A stretch of 64,000 nt of DNA, from contig JAZDEZ010000015.1 of NCBI GenBank assembly GCA_043808365.1, forward strand, positions 20,683-84,682, written 5' to 3'. This DNA comes from Patescibacteria group bacterium (GTDB lineage: Bacteria > Patescibacteriota > Patescibacteriia > UBA10025 > JAHIVO01). Shown piece by piece: positions 1 through 9,246 of this stretch. The number at the start of each line of letters is the position of its first letter. The stretch's first letter is position 1. The notes under the pieces were generated by a model. That model was not told the DNA's origin and did no database searches. It saw only the letters and a program-made list of their open reading frames with translations. The translations under genes and the position numbers were made by a program.

Positions 1-2025
1 ATCAGCACCGTCTCTATCCTGGAGACGTACAACACCCAGACGACGATCATCTGGAATACTGACGCGGCCTCCGATTCCTACGTGGTGTATTCAAAAAACG
101 CCGACTTGTCGGGTTCCACCGAACTGCATATCAGTTCGCCGGCCTTGACCAGCCACAGCATGACTATCAATAACCTTGAGGTGGGCACCAAATATTATTT
201 TTACGTCCGGTCCGGCCTGACTATAGATAATAACAGCGGCAGTAATTATTACTTCATCACTACCAATGACCAGACGGCACCGACAATTTCCTCGGTGCAA
301 ATCAGCCCGATCACCGATACCCAGGCGGTTATCCATTGCATCACCAATGAAAAAACTTCCGGTACCGTGAAATACGGCACTGCCAGCGGCGTTTACTCGC
401 TCACTAACAGCATTGATTCTTCATTTAACCTGTCGCATTACGTGGTTTTGACTGAATTATCCAACGCCACAAAATATTACTTTGTGATAACGGCGACGGA
501 CGCATCCGGCAATACTTCGACTGGCGAAGAGGGAAATTTCACCACCCTGGAAAAACTTTCCACAGAAACAGCGGTTCAATTGCGGGAACAGCAGGCGCGC
601 ACTTCCCAGATAGACGTGACGCCGCCGGTCATATCCGCCCTGACTGCCAAGGCCAATACTGACGGAACTATCACCGTCACCTGGACGACCAATGAAGAAA
701 CGAACAGTTTCATCGAATACGGCACCGCGACTGCCTATGGCAACGTCACGGGAAACTGGGAATACACCACCAAACACACGCTCAACGTAGGGGCGCTCGA
801 CGCCAATACCGTTTACCATTACCGCGTGAGCTCCGTCGACCCCGGCAAGAACAGGTCCGTGTCCGCGGACACTACCGTCCAGACCGTCCCGTCGGCGCAA
901 TTATCAAACCAGTCCCTGCAGGATATCATCAAAGAAAAGGACGACCTGCTTTCTACCCTCTCAAAAAAGGCGGACACCAACACACTGGAAACCGCGCTGC
1001 AGGACCAATACGCGTTCATCCAGGATTTGGCTCAATCCCTGCCCACCCCGACCATGGCCGGCGAGCCGAAGGTCGAGTCAACAGCGAGCAGCGCGACCAT
1101 CTCCTGGACATCGGACAAGGAAGCGAACTCCCTCATCGGCATAGCGACGGCCGCCGAATACCAAGTTAACCCCAAAAGCCCGTACACACAGGTGATCGGC
1201 GACCCGAACACCTATACGACCAAGCATACCGTCATCCTGACCAACCTCCAGCCGGCGACCGTGTACCACTACCAGATCCGGTCAAAGACCAAGGTCAGCC
1301 AGGAGACGAAGTCCGTCGACTTCACGTTCAGCACGAAGGAAAAAGCTTTTGAAATCTCCAGCTACATCATAGACAAAACGTCAAGCGATGAGGTGATTTT
1401 CCGCTGGACCACGAACGTCAACTCCGATTCCGCCATCCAATACATCCCCTACCGCAACAACATCAAGCAGGTCGACGAGGTCAAGACCGTCACCGACACC
1501 GTGCCCACCATCATCCACCAGGTCAGCGTGCCTGGCCTGGAGGCCGGCACATTCTACGACATAGAGCTGAAAAGCGTCAACCCTGACGGGAGCGTGGCCA
1601 CGAAATTGATCGATGCCTTTACCACGGATACGGAAAACGCCCCGCCGCTCATCTCCCAGATCCAGACTACGTCAGCACTCTCCGCCGGCAAGGACGCGAA
1701 AGTTCAGACCATCATCTCCTGGACCACCAACGAACCGGCCACCGGCCGCGTCTATTACCGCAAAGGCGTCGGCGCCGCGACTGACGAATTGCCGGAGAAA
1801 ACGCCCCCAGACGATTCCTACTCCCGCCGCCATATCGTAGTCGTCACCGCTTTTGACCCGGGCGCCGTTTACCAGTTCAAGGTCGAAAGCATTGACTCGG
1901 CCGGTTCGAGTTCGCTCTCCAAGCCTCTGACCGTGCTGACGCCGCAAAAAGAACAAACCGTCCTCGATGTCATTATTAACGCCGCGGAACAGACATTCGG
2001 CTGGCTGAAAATGTTCAAACGATAA
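1..2025 (+). CDS. Large secreted repeat protein with tandem fibronectin-III / purple-acid-phosphatase-N-like beta-sandwich repeats. The 5' end is truncated by the window edge.
   Basis: The reading frame is open from position 1 with no upstream stop. A ~90-aa unit recurs (TKYYFxVxSxD, TVYHYRVSSVD, ATVYHYQIRS, GAVYQFKVESID) and each unit ends in a G-N-x-S motif typical of FN3/PAP-N domains. Confidence 0.55.
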   Translation: MSTVSILETYNTQTTIIWNTDAASDSYVVYSKNADLSGSTELHISSPALTSHSMTINNLEVGTKYYFYVRSGLTIDNNSGSNYYFITTNDQTAPTISSVQISPITDTQAVIHCITNEKTSGTVKYGTASGVYSLTNSIDSSFNLSHYVVLTELSNATKYYFVITATDASGNTSTGEEGNFTTLEKLSTETAVQLREQQARTSQIDVTPPVISALTAKANTDGTITVTWTTNEETNSFIEYGTATAYGNVTGNWEYTTKHTLNVGALDANTVYHYRVSSVDPGKNRSVSADTTVQTVPSAQLSNQSLQDIIKEKDDLLSTLSKKADTNTLETALQDQYAFIQDLAQSLPTPTMAGEPKVESTASSATISWTSDKEANSLIGIATAAEYQVNPKSPYTQVIGDPNTYTTKHTVILTNLQPATVYHYQIRSKTKVSQETKSVDFTFSTKEKAFEISSYIIDKTSSDEVIFRWTTNVNSDSAIQYIPYRNNIKQVDEVKTVTDTVPTIIHQVSVPGLEAGTFYDIELKSVNPDGSVATKLIDAFTTDTENAPPLISQIQTTSALSAGKDAKVQTIISWTTNEPATGRVYYRKGVGAATDELPEKTPPDDSYSRRHIVVVTAFDPGAVYQFKVESIDSAGSSSLSKPLTVLTPQKEQTVLDVIINAAEQTFGWLKMFKR

Positions 2026-2027
2026 CT

Positions 2028-2363
2028 ATGTTTTTCAACGCCCCGCCCAACCCCACGCCGACGAAGCATATCATCTACCTAGTTGCCTCCTCGCTCCTGG
2101 GAATTTTTCTGAGTCTCCTTATCCATGCCGTGGCTGAATCATTATATCTGAACTGGGCGACTGACACCGGCCATCACACAGTCTGGTACGGCGGCTGCGC
2201 CCTGCACCCGATTATCCAGATTGGCTTACTTATCCTAGGTGCTGTCGGCGGTTACTCGATCGGCCGTCTCTGGTGGCGCATGGTCTACCTTGACCGCATC
2301 TGGACGAACAAAATCGACAGCCAGACAAAAAATAATCCGCCAACACGCTCTCATGGGCAGTAA
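2028..2363 (+). CDS. Small hypothetical membrane protein (2 predicted TM helices).
   Basis: ORF of 111 aa with hydrophobic segments LVASSLLGIFLSLLIHAV and IIQIGLLILGAVGGYSIG. Confidence 0.35.
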   Translation: MFFNAPPNPTPTKHIIYLVASSLLGIFLSLLIHAVAESLYLNWATDTGHHTVWYGGCALHPIIQIGLLILGAVGGYSIGRLWWRMVYLDRIWTNKIDSQTKNNPPTRSHGQ

Positions 2364-2529
2364 ATTCGTCATCTATTTCTTCCTTTTCCTCGGCTCCATC
2401 GCGGGCGGGTGGCTGCCGACGCTTTGGCACCAGAGCGCTTTTTCGCTGGCCTCGATCATCGGCAGTGCCATCGGCGCCGGACTGGGTATTTGGGTTGGTT
2501 ACAAAATCAATCAGAACATCGGCGGATAA
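2353..2529 (+). CDS. Small hypothetical membrane protein (58 aa from the internal ATG).
   Basis: ATG at 2353 opens onto the hydrophobic peptide MGSKFVIYFFLFLGSIAGGW...GAGLGIWVGY. The upstream part of the listed 96-aa ORF overlaps the previous gene. Confidence 0.3.
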   Translation: MGSKFVIYFFLFLGSIAGGWLPTLWHQSAFSLASIIGSAIGAGLGIWVGYKINQNIGG

Positions 2530-2542
2530 CTTTTTCGACAAC

Positions 2543-3082
2543 ATGAGTACGTATATCACCTATTTTGTCCACGGCACCACCACGGATAACGAACGCGATA
2601 TTGCTACCGGCTGGCTGCCGGGCGAACTTTCTGATCTGGGGGAAAAACAGTCCAAGGAACTTGGTATTACTGCTAAAACAAAATATTTTGACACTATTTT
2701 TTCATCCGACCTGAAACGGGCCGTTGATTCCGCGGCCATGACATTCCCAGGGCAAAAAGTAACCGCGGACAAAAGACTCCGTGAAATCAATTATGGCGAC
2801 CTAAATGGCCAGCCCGACTCATTTAAAGACAGTCTGACGGATTACATCGATAAGCCATTCCCCAACGGTGAATCGTATCATGACGTAGAAAAACGGATAA
2901 ACGAATTTCTGGAATTGATAAAAAAGAATTTCAGTGGCCTGCATGTAGCCATCGTCGCTCACCAAGCACCCCAATTAGCCCTGGAAGTGCTGCTCAAGGG
3001 CAAATCCTGGACCCAAGCCATTGCCGAAGACTGGCGCCGGACAAAATCTTGGCAGCCCGGGTGGGAATATGAAATAAAATAG
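2543..3082 (+). CDS. Histidine-phosphatase (phosphoglycerate-mutase-like) family protein.
   Basis: YITYFVHGTTTDNE...GWLPGELSDLGEKQSKELG matches the PGAM/histidine-phosphatase N-terminal motif (RHGE-like, with Arg replaced by Val). Start taken at ATG 2543. Confidence 0.55.
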   Translation: MSTYITYFVHGTTTDNERDIATGWLPGELSDLGEKQSKELGITAKTKYFDTIFSSDLKRAVDSAAMTFPGQKVTADKRLREINYGDLNGQPDSFKDSLTDYIDKPFPNGESYHDVEKRINEFLELIKKNFSGLHVAIVAHQAPQLALEVLLKGKSWTQAIAEDWRRTKSWQPGWEYEIK

Positions 3083-3132
3083 GCGACCGCTACATAGCGA
3101 TCGCCTTGTTTGTTCTTAAAATGAACGAATGT

Positions 3133-4335
3133 TCAGTTTAGGGCTGCCAGCGCCTGTGAGAGGTCATGGATGAGAACACTAGCCGGCTCTATAAAACCGA
3201 CAGACACCCTGATTAGGTTTTCAGTTACGCCACTTTCATTGCGGATATTCTCCGGAACTCCCGCATGCGTTGTCGACGCCGGGTGCTCAATTAGCGAATG
3301 AGAACCTCCTAAGCTTACTGCCCGCTTGAACTTCTTGACTGCATCAATGACCCGAAACGCCGACTGCCGGGTAGGGTCTTTGAGGTAGAAAGAAATCATC
3401 GACCCAGGGCCAGTGCATGTCCGACGGTAGGTGGCATAGAGCGTGCCGTCCTTCTCAGCATCCAACAAGCCGGGATACATCACTCTCTCGACAGCTGGGT
3501 GCTTGGCCAAGAATTCGGCGATCTGCTGGGCCGATTCTGCCTGAGCCGGAACGCGGAGTCGGAGCGTATCCAGCGAACGAAGCAATAAGTAGGCGGTTAC
3601 TTCATCCATAATATTGCCGAACACATTCCGGTACTGCCTGATCCTTTCAATCAGGCTGGGCTCTTTGGCGTATATGACGCCGCCGAGTACGTCACTATGT
3701 CCACCTAGAAACTTAGTGGCAGAATGGACAACCAAGTCCGCTCCATGTTCGAAAGGATGACAGAGCACCGGACTAAGGAACGTGCTGTCCACGATAATCA
3801 GAGGCCGGTGACCATACTTCCGGAAATACTCTTCCCGAGCCTCGAACAAGTCATCGAGGTCGACAAAGGAAATGATCGGGTTAGTTGGGTACTCCGTAAA
3901 TATGTAGCACACCTGGTCACCGTTAGCGTCCAACGCTTCACGTATTGATGTCTTGAACGTACTTACCGGTTTATACCCATACCGTGGTGCGAAGGAGAGC
4001 AAAAAATCATACGTACACCCATAGAGCGGCTCGGTATGCACGATGACCGGGCGCTCCCTAGGATCAAATGACCCCATGATAGCCGCGGTTATGGCCGCCA
4101 TTCCTGCACGGAAAACGAGGCTACTGGACGCGCCATCCTCATATTCAGGAAGTGCCTCCTCAAGCGCGGTAATAAGCGGGGTGCCAAACCTCTGATAGAT
4201 ATACGGGTGTCCGCCCTTCAGCAACTCCTGGAACCAATCTGCCATCTCCTGGGCTGTTCGAGCAACATAAGTAGTTGCCAGATTCAATCCAGGGACTAGC
4301 GGCGTTACGATTTCATATTGTTGTTCATCTGACAC
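3133..4335 (-). CDS. PLP-dependent trans-sulfuration enzyme of the Cys/Met metabolism family (cystathionine gamma-synthase / beta-lyase / methionine gamma-lyase type).
   Basis: 400 aa. The SATKFLGGHSDVLGGV motif carries the PLP-lysine, and the overall fold-type I pattern (DSTFLSP, VVHSATK) is present. Confidence 0.75.
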   Translation of the reverse strand: MSDEQQYEIVTPLVPGLNLATTYVARTAQEMADWFQELLKGGHPYIYQRFGTPLITALEEALPEYEDGASSSLVFRAGMAAITAAIMGSFDPRERPVIVHTEPLYGCTYDFLLSFAPRYGYKPVSTFKTSIREALDANGDQVCYIFTEYPTNPIISFVDLDDLFEAREEYFRKYGHRPLIIVDSTFLSPVLCHPFEHGADLVVHSATKFLGGHSDVLGGVIYAKEPSLIERIRQYRNVFGNIMDEVTAYLLLRSLDTLRLRVPAQAESAQQIAEFLAKHPAVERVMYPGLLDAEKDGTLYATYRRTCTGPGSMISFYLKDPTRQSAFRVIDAVKKFKRAVSLGGSHSLIEHPASTTHAGVPENIRNESGVTENLIRVSVGFIEPASVLIHDLSQALAALN

Positions 4336-4349
4336 GATAAAAACCTCCT

Positions 4350-4613
4350 GTGAAAATTAAATTGCCAATGTGCACTATTAGTTTGGTTATCCTAGCGATT
4401 TCGCCCTATCCTGTCAAGGTTACTCACTGTCAAAGTCACTCACTTGACGAAAAAATCGGCGGAACGGTCCACCTAGCACTGGGCAATTCCATCCCCGAAT
4501 CAGGCGGAAAAAACAAGAGCAGTATCCACTGGGACATGCTCTGTGACATGCATCAGGGAGAAATCACCGCGGACGGCAAGGTGATATACCGTAACGGCAA
4601 ATTCACCATCTAA
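4350..4613 (+). pseudogene. Probable C-terminal remnant of an M29-family (aminopeptidase T-like) metallopeptidase.
   Basis: [45 protein letters not shown] resembles the conserved C-terminus of thermophilic M29 aminopeptidases. There is no N-terminal ~300 aa, because that space is occupied by the convergent PLP enzyme gene. Confidence 0.3.
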
Positions 4614-4798
4614 GTACATCGCAATTTCCAACGCCTCTCAACGCTCATTGTAAGACAGGCCCCATAGCTGCCAACTATGCGGGCTTTTTTATTTATGGGT
4701 TGCCCCCGTAAGAAATGAAATTTTCTAACGGGATTGCTTTTTTATCCAATTTGGGGGAAAATACACATGTCAGTCAGCTAATAATTATCTGAACAATT

Positions 4799-5332
4799 AT
4801 GAACAAAAAAGCCTATTGGATCCTGCCGGTCATCGCGATCGTAGCCATGGCCCTGGTCGTCTCCGGCTGTAAAACCACGGCTGAAAAAGCCGCGGAAAAA
4901 ACCATTGAAAAAGCCACCAATGGGGCGGCTGACGTGGATCTGGGGACTAACAGCGTAACAATCAACACCAACGGCGGATCGTACCAGGCCGGCGATGACG
5001 TGAAATTGCCGGACGGCTTCCCGTCCGACGTGTATATTATTGACGGCACGATCAAGGCGGCCATGACCCAACAGACGAATGATTCCTTCATCGTTTCCAT
5101 CGAAATATCCAAATCAATAGCTGACGCCAAAACGGCATATGAAAAAGAAATAGTAGATGACGGCTGGACCATCACCACGAACATGACCTATGGCGGCGCG
5201 GTTACCCTGATGGCCGAAAAAAGCAATCGGATTTTGGGCGTCGGCATCTCCGACCTTAACGGCAAAACGACGGTGAGCATCACCACGTCGACCAATTCCA
5301 CAAATGCCATGCCAACTCCTGATGACAATTAG
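4799..5332 (+). CDS. Hypothetical lipoprotein.
   Basis: Signal peptide with lipobox (LVVSGC), followed by a Thr/Asn-rich soluble domain. Confidence 0.5.
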   Translation: MNKKAYWILPVIAIVAMALVVSGCKTTAEKAAEKTIEKATNGAADVDLGTNSVTINTNGGSYQAGDDVKLPDGFPSDVYIIDGTIKAAMTQQTNDSFIVSIEISKSIADAKTAYEKEIVDDGWTITTNMTYGGAVTLMAEKSNRILGVGISDLNGKTTVSITTSTNSTNAMPTPDDN

Positions 5333-5370
5333 CACTGCGCTCTAAACTATAAAAATAATTTTTAAAGAAT

Positions 5371-6141
5371 ATGCCGCTTGACCAACTCACGCCGCAAAAC
5401 CCGCCGACCACATCGTCCGCCTCATTGCCTTCTGACAGTAAAATGCCGGCTGAACCAATAAAAAGACATCACTTCTTCCGTAATTTCCTGATTACTTTGG
5501 TAGTAATCATTATCATTGTCGCCATCGGCGTTTCCGCTACGGGCGTGTATGCCGTACCGGGTATTTCTAACATTTTCGGCATGAACAAGCCGAAAGACCT
5601 GGGAGTGACTTATACCGATGCCGACCTGACTGCCTTAGCCAAGAAAGTCCCTCTCACTATCAGCACGGAACGGGTGGATTATACCGGCGATCCGAGCCAG
5701 ATTTTCAGCGGGACGGTGCCGGTAGACACGCAGAACACCTCGGCGGAAATCACCGGCTTTTTGAACAGCCGGGCCCTCTCCACCTCGCCAGTCAAGGACC
5801 TGCAAGTCAAAATGATCGAGGGCGGCGTGGAAGTGTCGGGCAACCTGGATATGTACGTGAAATCTCCGGCGTACGCCAAGATCATGATCAACCGCACCGG
5901 TGAAAAAAGCGTGGCCATAGACATTACCAAGGCAAAAATCGGGATATTCAACGTCCCGGACAAATATCTCCGGAAGGTTACCGAATGGGCGAATAAAACA
6001 GTGAATGAGCGGATGGCCGGCATCCCCGGATTTTCGCTTACCCAGCTCGACTACCATGACGGATATGATGTTTTCAAGGGCACCATGCCGGCAAACGTGA
6101 AAGGAGCTGCCGGCGGATGGACTGACCTGATCCTGAAATGA
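5371..6141 (+). CDS. Hypothetical N-terminally membrane-anchored extracytoplasmic protein.
   Basis: Pro/Ser-rich N-terminus, then one TM segment (LITLVVIIIIVAIGVSATGVYAV), then a soluble domain. Confidence 0.45.
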   Translation: MPLDQLTPQNPPTTSSASLPSDSKMPAEPIKRHHFFRNFLITLVVIIIIVAIGVSATGVYAVPGISNIFGMNKPKDLGVTYTDADLTALAKKVPLTISTERVDYTGDPSQIFSGTVPVDTQNTSAEITGFLNSRALSTSPVKDLQVKMIEGGVEVSGNLDMYVKSPAYAKIMINRTGEKSVAIDITKAKIGIFNVPDKYLRKVTEWANKTVNERMAGIPGFSLTQLDYHDGYDVFKGTMPANVKGAAGGWTDLILK

Positions 6142-6158
6142 CGCAACTATTAGTCAGA

Positions 6159-6184
6159 GCCTCGCGTTACCGCGGGGCTTTTTA
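6159..6184 (+). terminator. Rho-independent terminator.
   Basis: GCCTCGCG-TTAC-CGCGGGGC stem-loop followed by TTTTT, 18 nt after the stop codon. Confidence 0.45.
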
Positions 6185-6204
6185 ATAAATGCACGTTTTT
6201 TGAC

Positions 6205-6232
6205 TTTGACTCCACGCACAACAGTCCTATAC
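6205..6232 (+). promoter_or_regulatory. Sigma70-like promoter for the heliorhodopsin gene.
   Basis: TTGACT, 16-nt spacer, TATACT, placed ~30 nt upstream of ATG 6262. Confidence 0.35.
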
Positions 6233-6261
6233 TATATATATTATTGAATAACTAAAAATCT

Positions 6262-7056
6262 ATGGAAACCTCCACATCCCCCATACCTGAGGAAATAAAG
6301 CTTAAAAAACTCAAGCGTTTCAATATCATCATGGCCTGTCTCCATGCCATCCAGGGCGTGGTCATGCTGGTCGTCAGTTCAGATTTTTCCCTGCCGGTCA
6401 CTACGGCCTTCGTCAAGATGAATTTCCTGTCCGGAAAACTGGAGCCGGTGCTGAATACACTGTTTGATTTGCGCATCGGCCCGTTGGTCGCCGGCTTTCT
6501 GTTCCTGTCGGCCATCGCCCACGCCTGTATCTCGCTCGTGCCTGGCATCAATGCCTGGTACAACCGCAACCTGCTCAGGGGCGCCAACTATGCCCGGTGG
6601 ATTGAGTACGCCTTCAGCTCCTCAATTATGATGATTGTCATCGCCATGCTGGTCGGCGTCTATGACGGTATCGCCCTTTTACTCATCTTCTTCCTCAATG
6701 CCATGATGATCCTCTTCGGCTGGATGATGGAGCTGCACAACCAGACGACCCAGAAAACAAATTGGACATCTTACATTTTTGGCTGTATCGCCGGCGCGAT
6801 CCCGTGGATAGCTGTTGGCCTTTATCTGTTCAATGCCGGCGAAGGCGATGCGAAAGCGCCGACCTTTGTTTACTGGATTTATTTCTCCATCTTTCTGTTT
6901 TTCAACTGTTTTGCCGTCAACCAGGTACTTCAGTATAAGAAAGTCGGCAAATGGCAGGACTACCTGTACGGTGAACGTGCATATATCATCCTGAGCCTGA
7001 TAGCAAAATCCCTGCTGGCCTGGCAGGTGTTCGCCGGGACATTACGGCCGGTATAA
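6262..7056 (+). CDS. Heliorhodopsin (7-TM retinal-binding photoreceptor, inverted topology).
   Basis: 264 aa with a block-by-block match to the heliorhodopsin family: RWIEYAFSSSIMM, MILFGWMMEL, FGCIAGAIPWI, FLFFNCFAV, QYKKVGKW, YGERAYIILSLIAKSLLAWQVF. The last block contains the conserved Schiff-base lysine. Confidence 0.8.
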   Translation: METSTSPIPEEIKLKKLKRFNIIMACLHAIQGVVMLVVSSDFSLPVTTAFVKMNFLSGKLEPVLNTLFDLRIGPLVAGFLFLSAIAHACISLVPGINAWYNRNLLRGANYARWIEYAFSSSIMMIVIAMLVGVYDGIALLLIFFLNAMMILFGWMMELHNQTTQKTNWTSYIFGCIAGAIPWIAVGLYLFNAGEGDAKAPTFVYWIYFSIFLFFNCFAVNQVLQYKKVGKWQDYLYGERAYIILSLIAKSLLAWQVFAGTLRPV

Positions 7057-7414
7057 ATCCTCAACCCCACATTAAAAAACTTCGAGCGCGCCCCGCTGTC
7101 GCTGGCTTTTCTTATATATAATTGCGTATCATTGTATCCATCCCCCAACCGCCCATATAAAAAAATGTTACGGAAATTGAGTGAGGAGGAGCGGTTCTAA
7201 GGGGAACGAAGAACAGCGTTGTACTGTTTGAGCCCCGAGTGGAACGAGGGGCGAGTTTACAACACTGAGCGACGACGAGCCAATTTACGTTAATTTTTTT
7301 GTCTGGGCGGAATCTCCCTTCGACTTCGCTCAGGGCATGCTTTTCGCCGCTTTGGCGCCTGTCCCGCCGAATGGCGGGAGATTCGCAGAAAAGCGGCTAA
7401 AAACAAAAACCCCA

Positions 7415-7443
7415 TTGACATCAGTGCATAACCATGCTACCAT
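7415..7443 (+). promoter_or_regulatory. Sigma70-like promoter.
   Basis: TTGACA, 17-nt spacer, TACCAT, ~80 nt upstream of the SD and ATG of the 7525 ORF. Confidence 0.35.
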
Positions 7444-7524
7444 AGAGGGCTTTCTTTTTGGTAAAATAAACATATCCAATATTTGGGTATTTGTACCTCA
7501 CAACCATTCATCAAGGAGGATTGA

Positions 7525-7743
7525 ATGAACGGATCTCGTGTCCCAAACACCACACCACCCGCCGACCTCGAGCGGATGGCGGACAGACTACTGAATGAAA
7601 AACACTTCAAGGCCAATGGTGCGCCATATAGTGCACCAGACACCAGCATTGAAAGTCACCTGGAGTGCGTTCCTCTCAGTAAAATTATCCCCGACCCGAC
7701 CGGAATGGCGTTCGTCACTCTAAAACCGGAGCCGGAATGGTAG
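7525..7743 (+). CDS. Small hypothetical protein (72 aa).
   Basis: Strong SD (AAGGAGGATTGA-ATG), its own promoter, and a terminator immediately downstream. Confidence 0.4.
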   Translation: MNGSRVPNTTPPADLERMADRLLNEKHFKANGAPYSAPDTSIESHLECVPLSKIIPDPTGMAFVTLKPEPEW

Positions 7744-7773
7744 TCAGGGGCAACTAGTACTCCTGAATACCGA

Positions 7774-7806
7774 CCCTGGATGCATGATGCTCCAGGGTTT
7801 TTTAAT
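7774..7806 (+). terminator. Rho-independent terminator.
   Basis: CCCTGGA...TCCAGGG perfect 7-bp stem followed by T8. Confidence 0.55.
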
Positions 7807-7871
7807 TTTTCTCAAAATTTTGAGCCATGCGACGGCGAAAAAGTTTCGGCAGAAAAATTATCCCGAGGAAC

Positions 7872-7954
7872 ATTGTGACGAGGGATCTCACACATTTCCA
7901 GTACCGAGATTGCCACGTCCCCCCAGGGCTCCGCTCGGGGTCCTCGCAATGACA
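7872..7954 (-). repeat. Copy R1 of the GTCATTGCGAGG...GGCAATCTCGGT MITE-like dispersed repeat.
   Basis: Its reverse complement aligns with the 25710-25836 copy (GTCATTGCGAGGA ... GACGTGGCAATCTCGGT). Confidence 0.4.
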
Positions 7955-7994
7955 AGGTAGGGGGCAGCTGGAATTAGCTGGCCCCAATACTTTT

Positions 7995-9146
7995 ATGGTA
8001 AAATATAAGCATATGAAACACGTCGTATTTTCCGGCATCCAGCCATCCGGCCAGCTCCATATCGGCAATTACTTCGGCGCCCTGAAAGGGTGGCTGGAAC
8101 TGCAGGCTGACCCAAACAATGACTGCATCTTTGCCGTGGTCGATTACCATGCCCTGACCGAGGGGCCGAAACCGGCTGAACTGCGCCAGCGTATTTTCGA
8201 CGTGTCTGCGGATTTCCTGGCGGCCGGTCTGGATCCGCACAAGAGCACTATCCTCATTCAATCATTCGTCACGGAGCATACCGACCTGGCCTGGATCCTG
8301 AACTGCGTCACGCCTGTCACCTGGCTGGAACGCGTCCCGACGTTCAAGGACAAAGCCCTTCAGTACCGCCAAAACATCAACATGGGCCTATTAGATTATC
8401 CGGTCTTAATGGCCGCGGACATTTTGCTTTACAAAGCGACGGTGGTGCCGGTCGGCCAGGACCAGTTCGCTCATCTCGAGCTGGCCCGCGAGATCGCCCG
8501 CGCCTTCAACGCCAAATACGGCCAGACCTTCCCCGAGCCGAAAGAGCGCATCACCCTGACGCCGAAAATCATGAGCCTGACCGACCCGACGAAAAAAATG
8601 AGCAAGAGCTACGGCGAAAAATCCTACCTGGCCGTGAACGACACTCCGGCCATAATCACCAGCAAGATCAAGTCCATGGTCACCATCACCGGCAACGAGA
8701 AAGACGTGATCAGCGCCTTCCTGAACCTGACCAAAGAAATCCACCAAGAATTCAAAGACCTGGGCAAGCACTACCTGGCAGACCGCGAACTGCGGACCGA
8801 GGATGACCTGACAAAGCTGGATAAAAAATGGGGTGATACGAAATTCAGGCAGTTCATGGCCCTGTATAATTTTTACATGCTCCTGTACATTTTTGGCGAG
8901 ACCGCTGACCGCAAGAAATTCCTGGAAGCACTGGAAAACAATACCGTAAAATTCTCAGAATATAAACAGCTCCTAGCTGACAAAATCGCCACCTACCCTG
9001 ACTTTGTCAGTTTCCGGAAAAAACGGGCCGAGCTGGTCGCCCACCCGGAAAAAGTCTGGGACACATTGCGCCACGGCAGTGAGCGGGCCCATGCCATCGC
9101 GAGACAAAACATCTCTGATATCAGGCATAAGGTGGGGCTGACATAA
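7995..9146 (+). CDS. trpS: Tryptophan--tRNA ligase.
   Basis: HIGH motif (PSGQLHIGNYFGA), KMSKS motif (KKMSKSYGE), and the class-Ic TrpRS core. The C-terminal region carries an insertion. An alternative start is at ATG 8013. Confidence 0.85.
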   Translation: MVKYKHMKHVVFSGIQPSGQLHIGNYFGALKGWLELQADPNNDCIFAVVDYHALTEGPKPAELRQRIFDVSADFLAAGLDPHKSTILIQSFVTEHTDLAWILNCVTPVTWLERVPTFKDKALQYRQNINMGLLDYPVLMAADILLYKATVVPVGQDQFAHLELAREIARAFNAKYGQTFPEPKERITLTPKIMSLTDPTKKMSKSYGEKSYLAVNDTPAIITSKIKSMVTITGNEKDVISAFLNLTKEIHQEFKDLGKHYLADRELRTEDDLTKLDKKWGDTKFRQFMALYNFYMLLYIFGETADRKKFLEALENNTVKFSEYKQLLADKIATYPDFVSFRKKRAELVAHPEKVWDTLRHGSERAHAIARQNISDIRHKVGLT

Positions 9147-9246
9147 TCTACCCGCACCTCATTGCCCTTGCTGAAAGGGTGGTTTTGTGATACCCTTCTC
9201 TTACAAATAAAAATTGAACTTGAACATTATAACACAAGAGGTGCGT

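Noticed and set aside
9214-9246. Upstream start of the HIT/GalT-like ORF.
   Set aside because: An SD (AAGAGGTG) precedes the second ATG at 9247, and the first 11 codons add nothing conserved.
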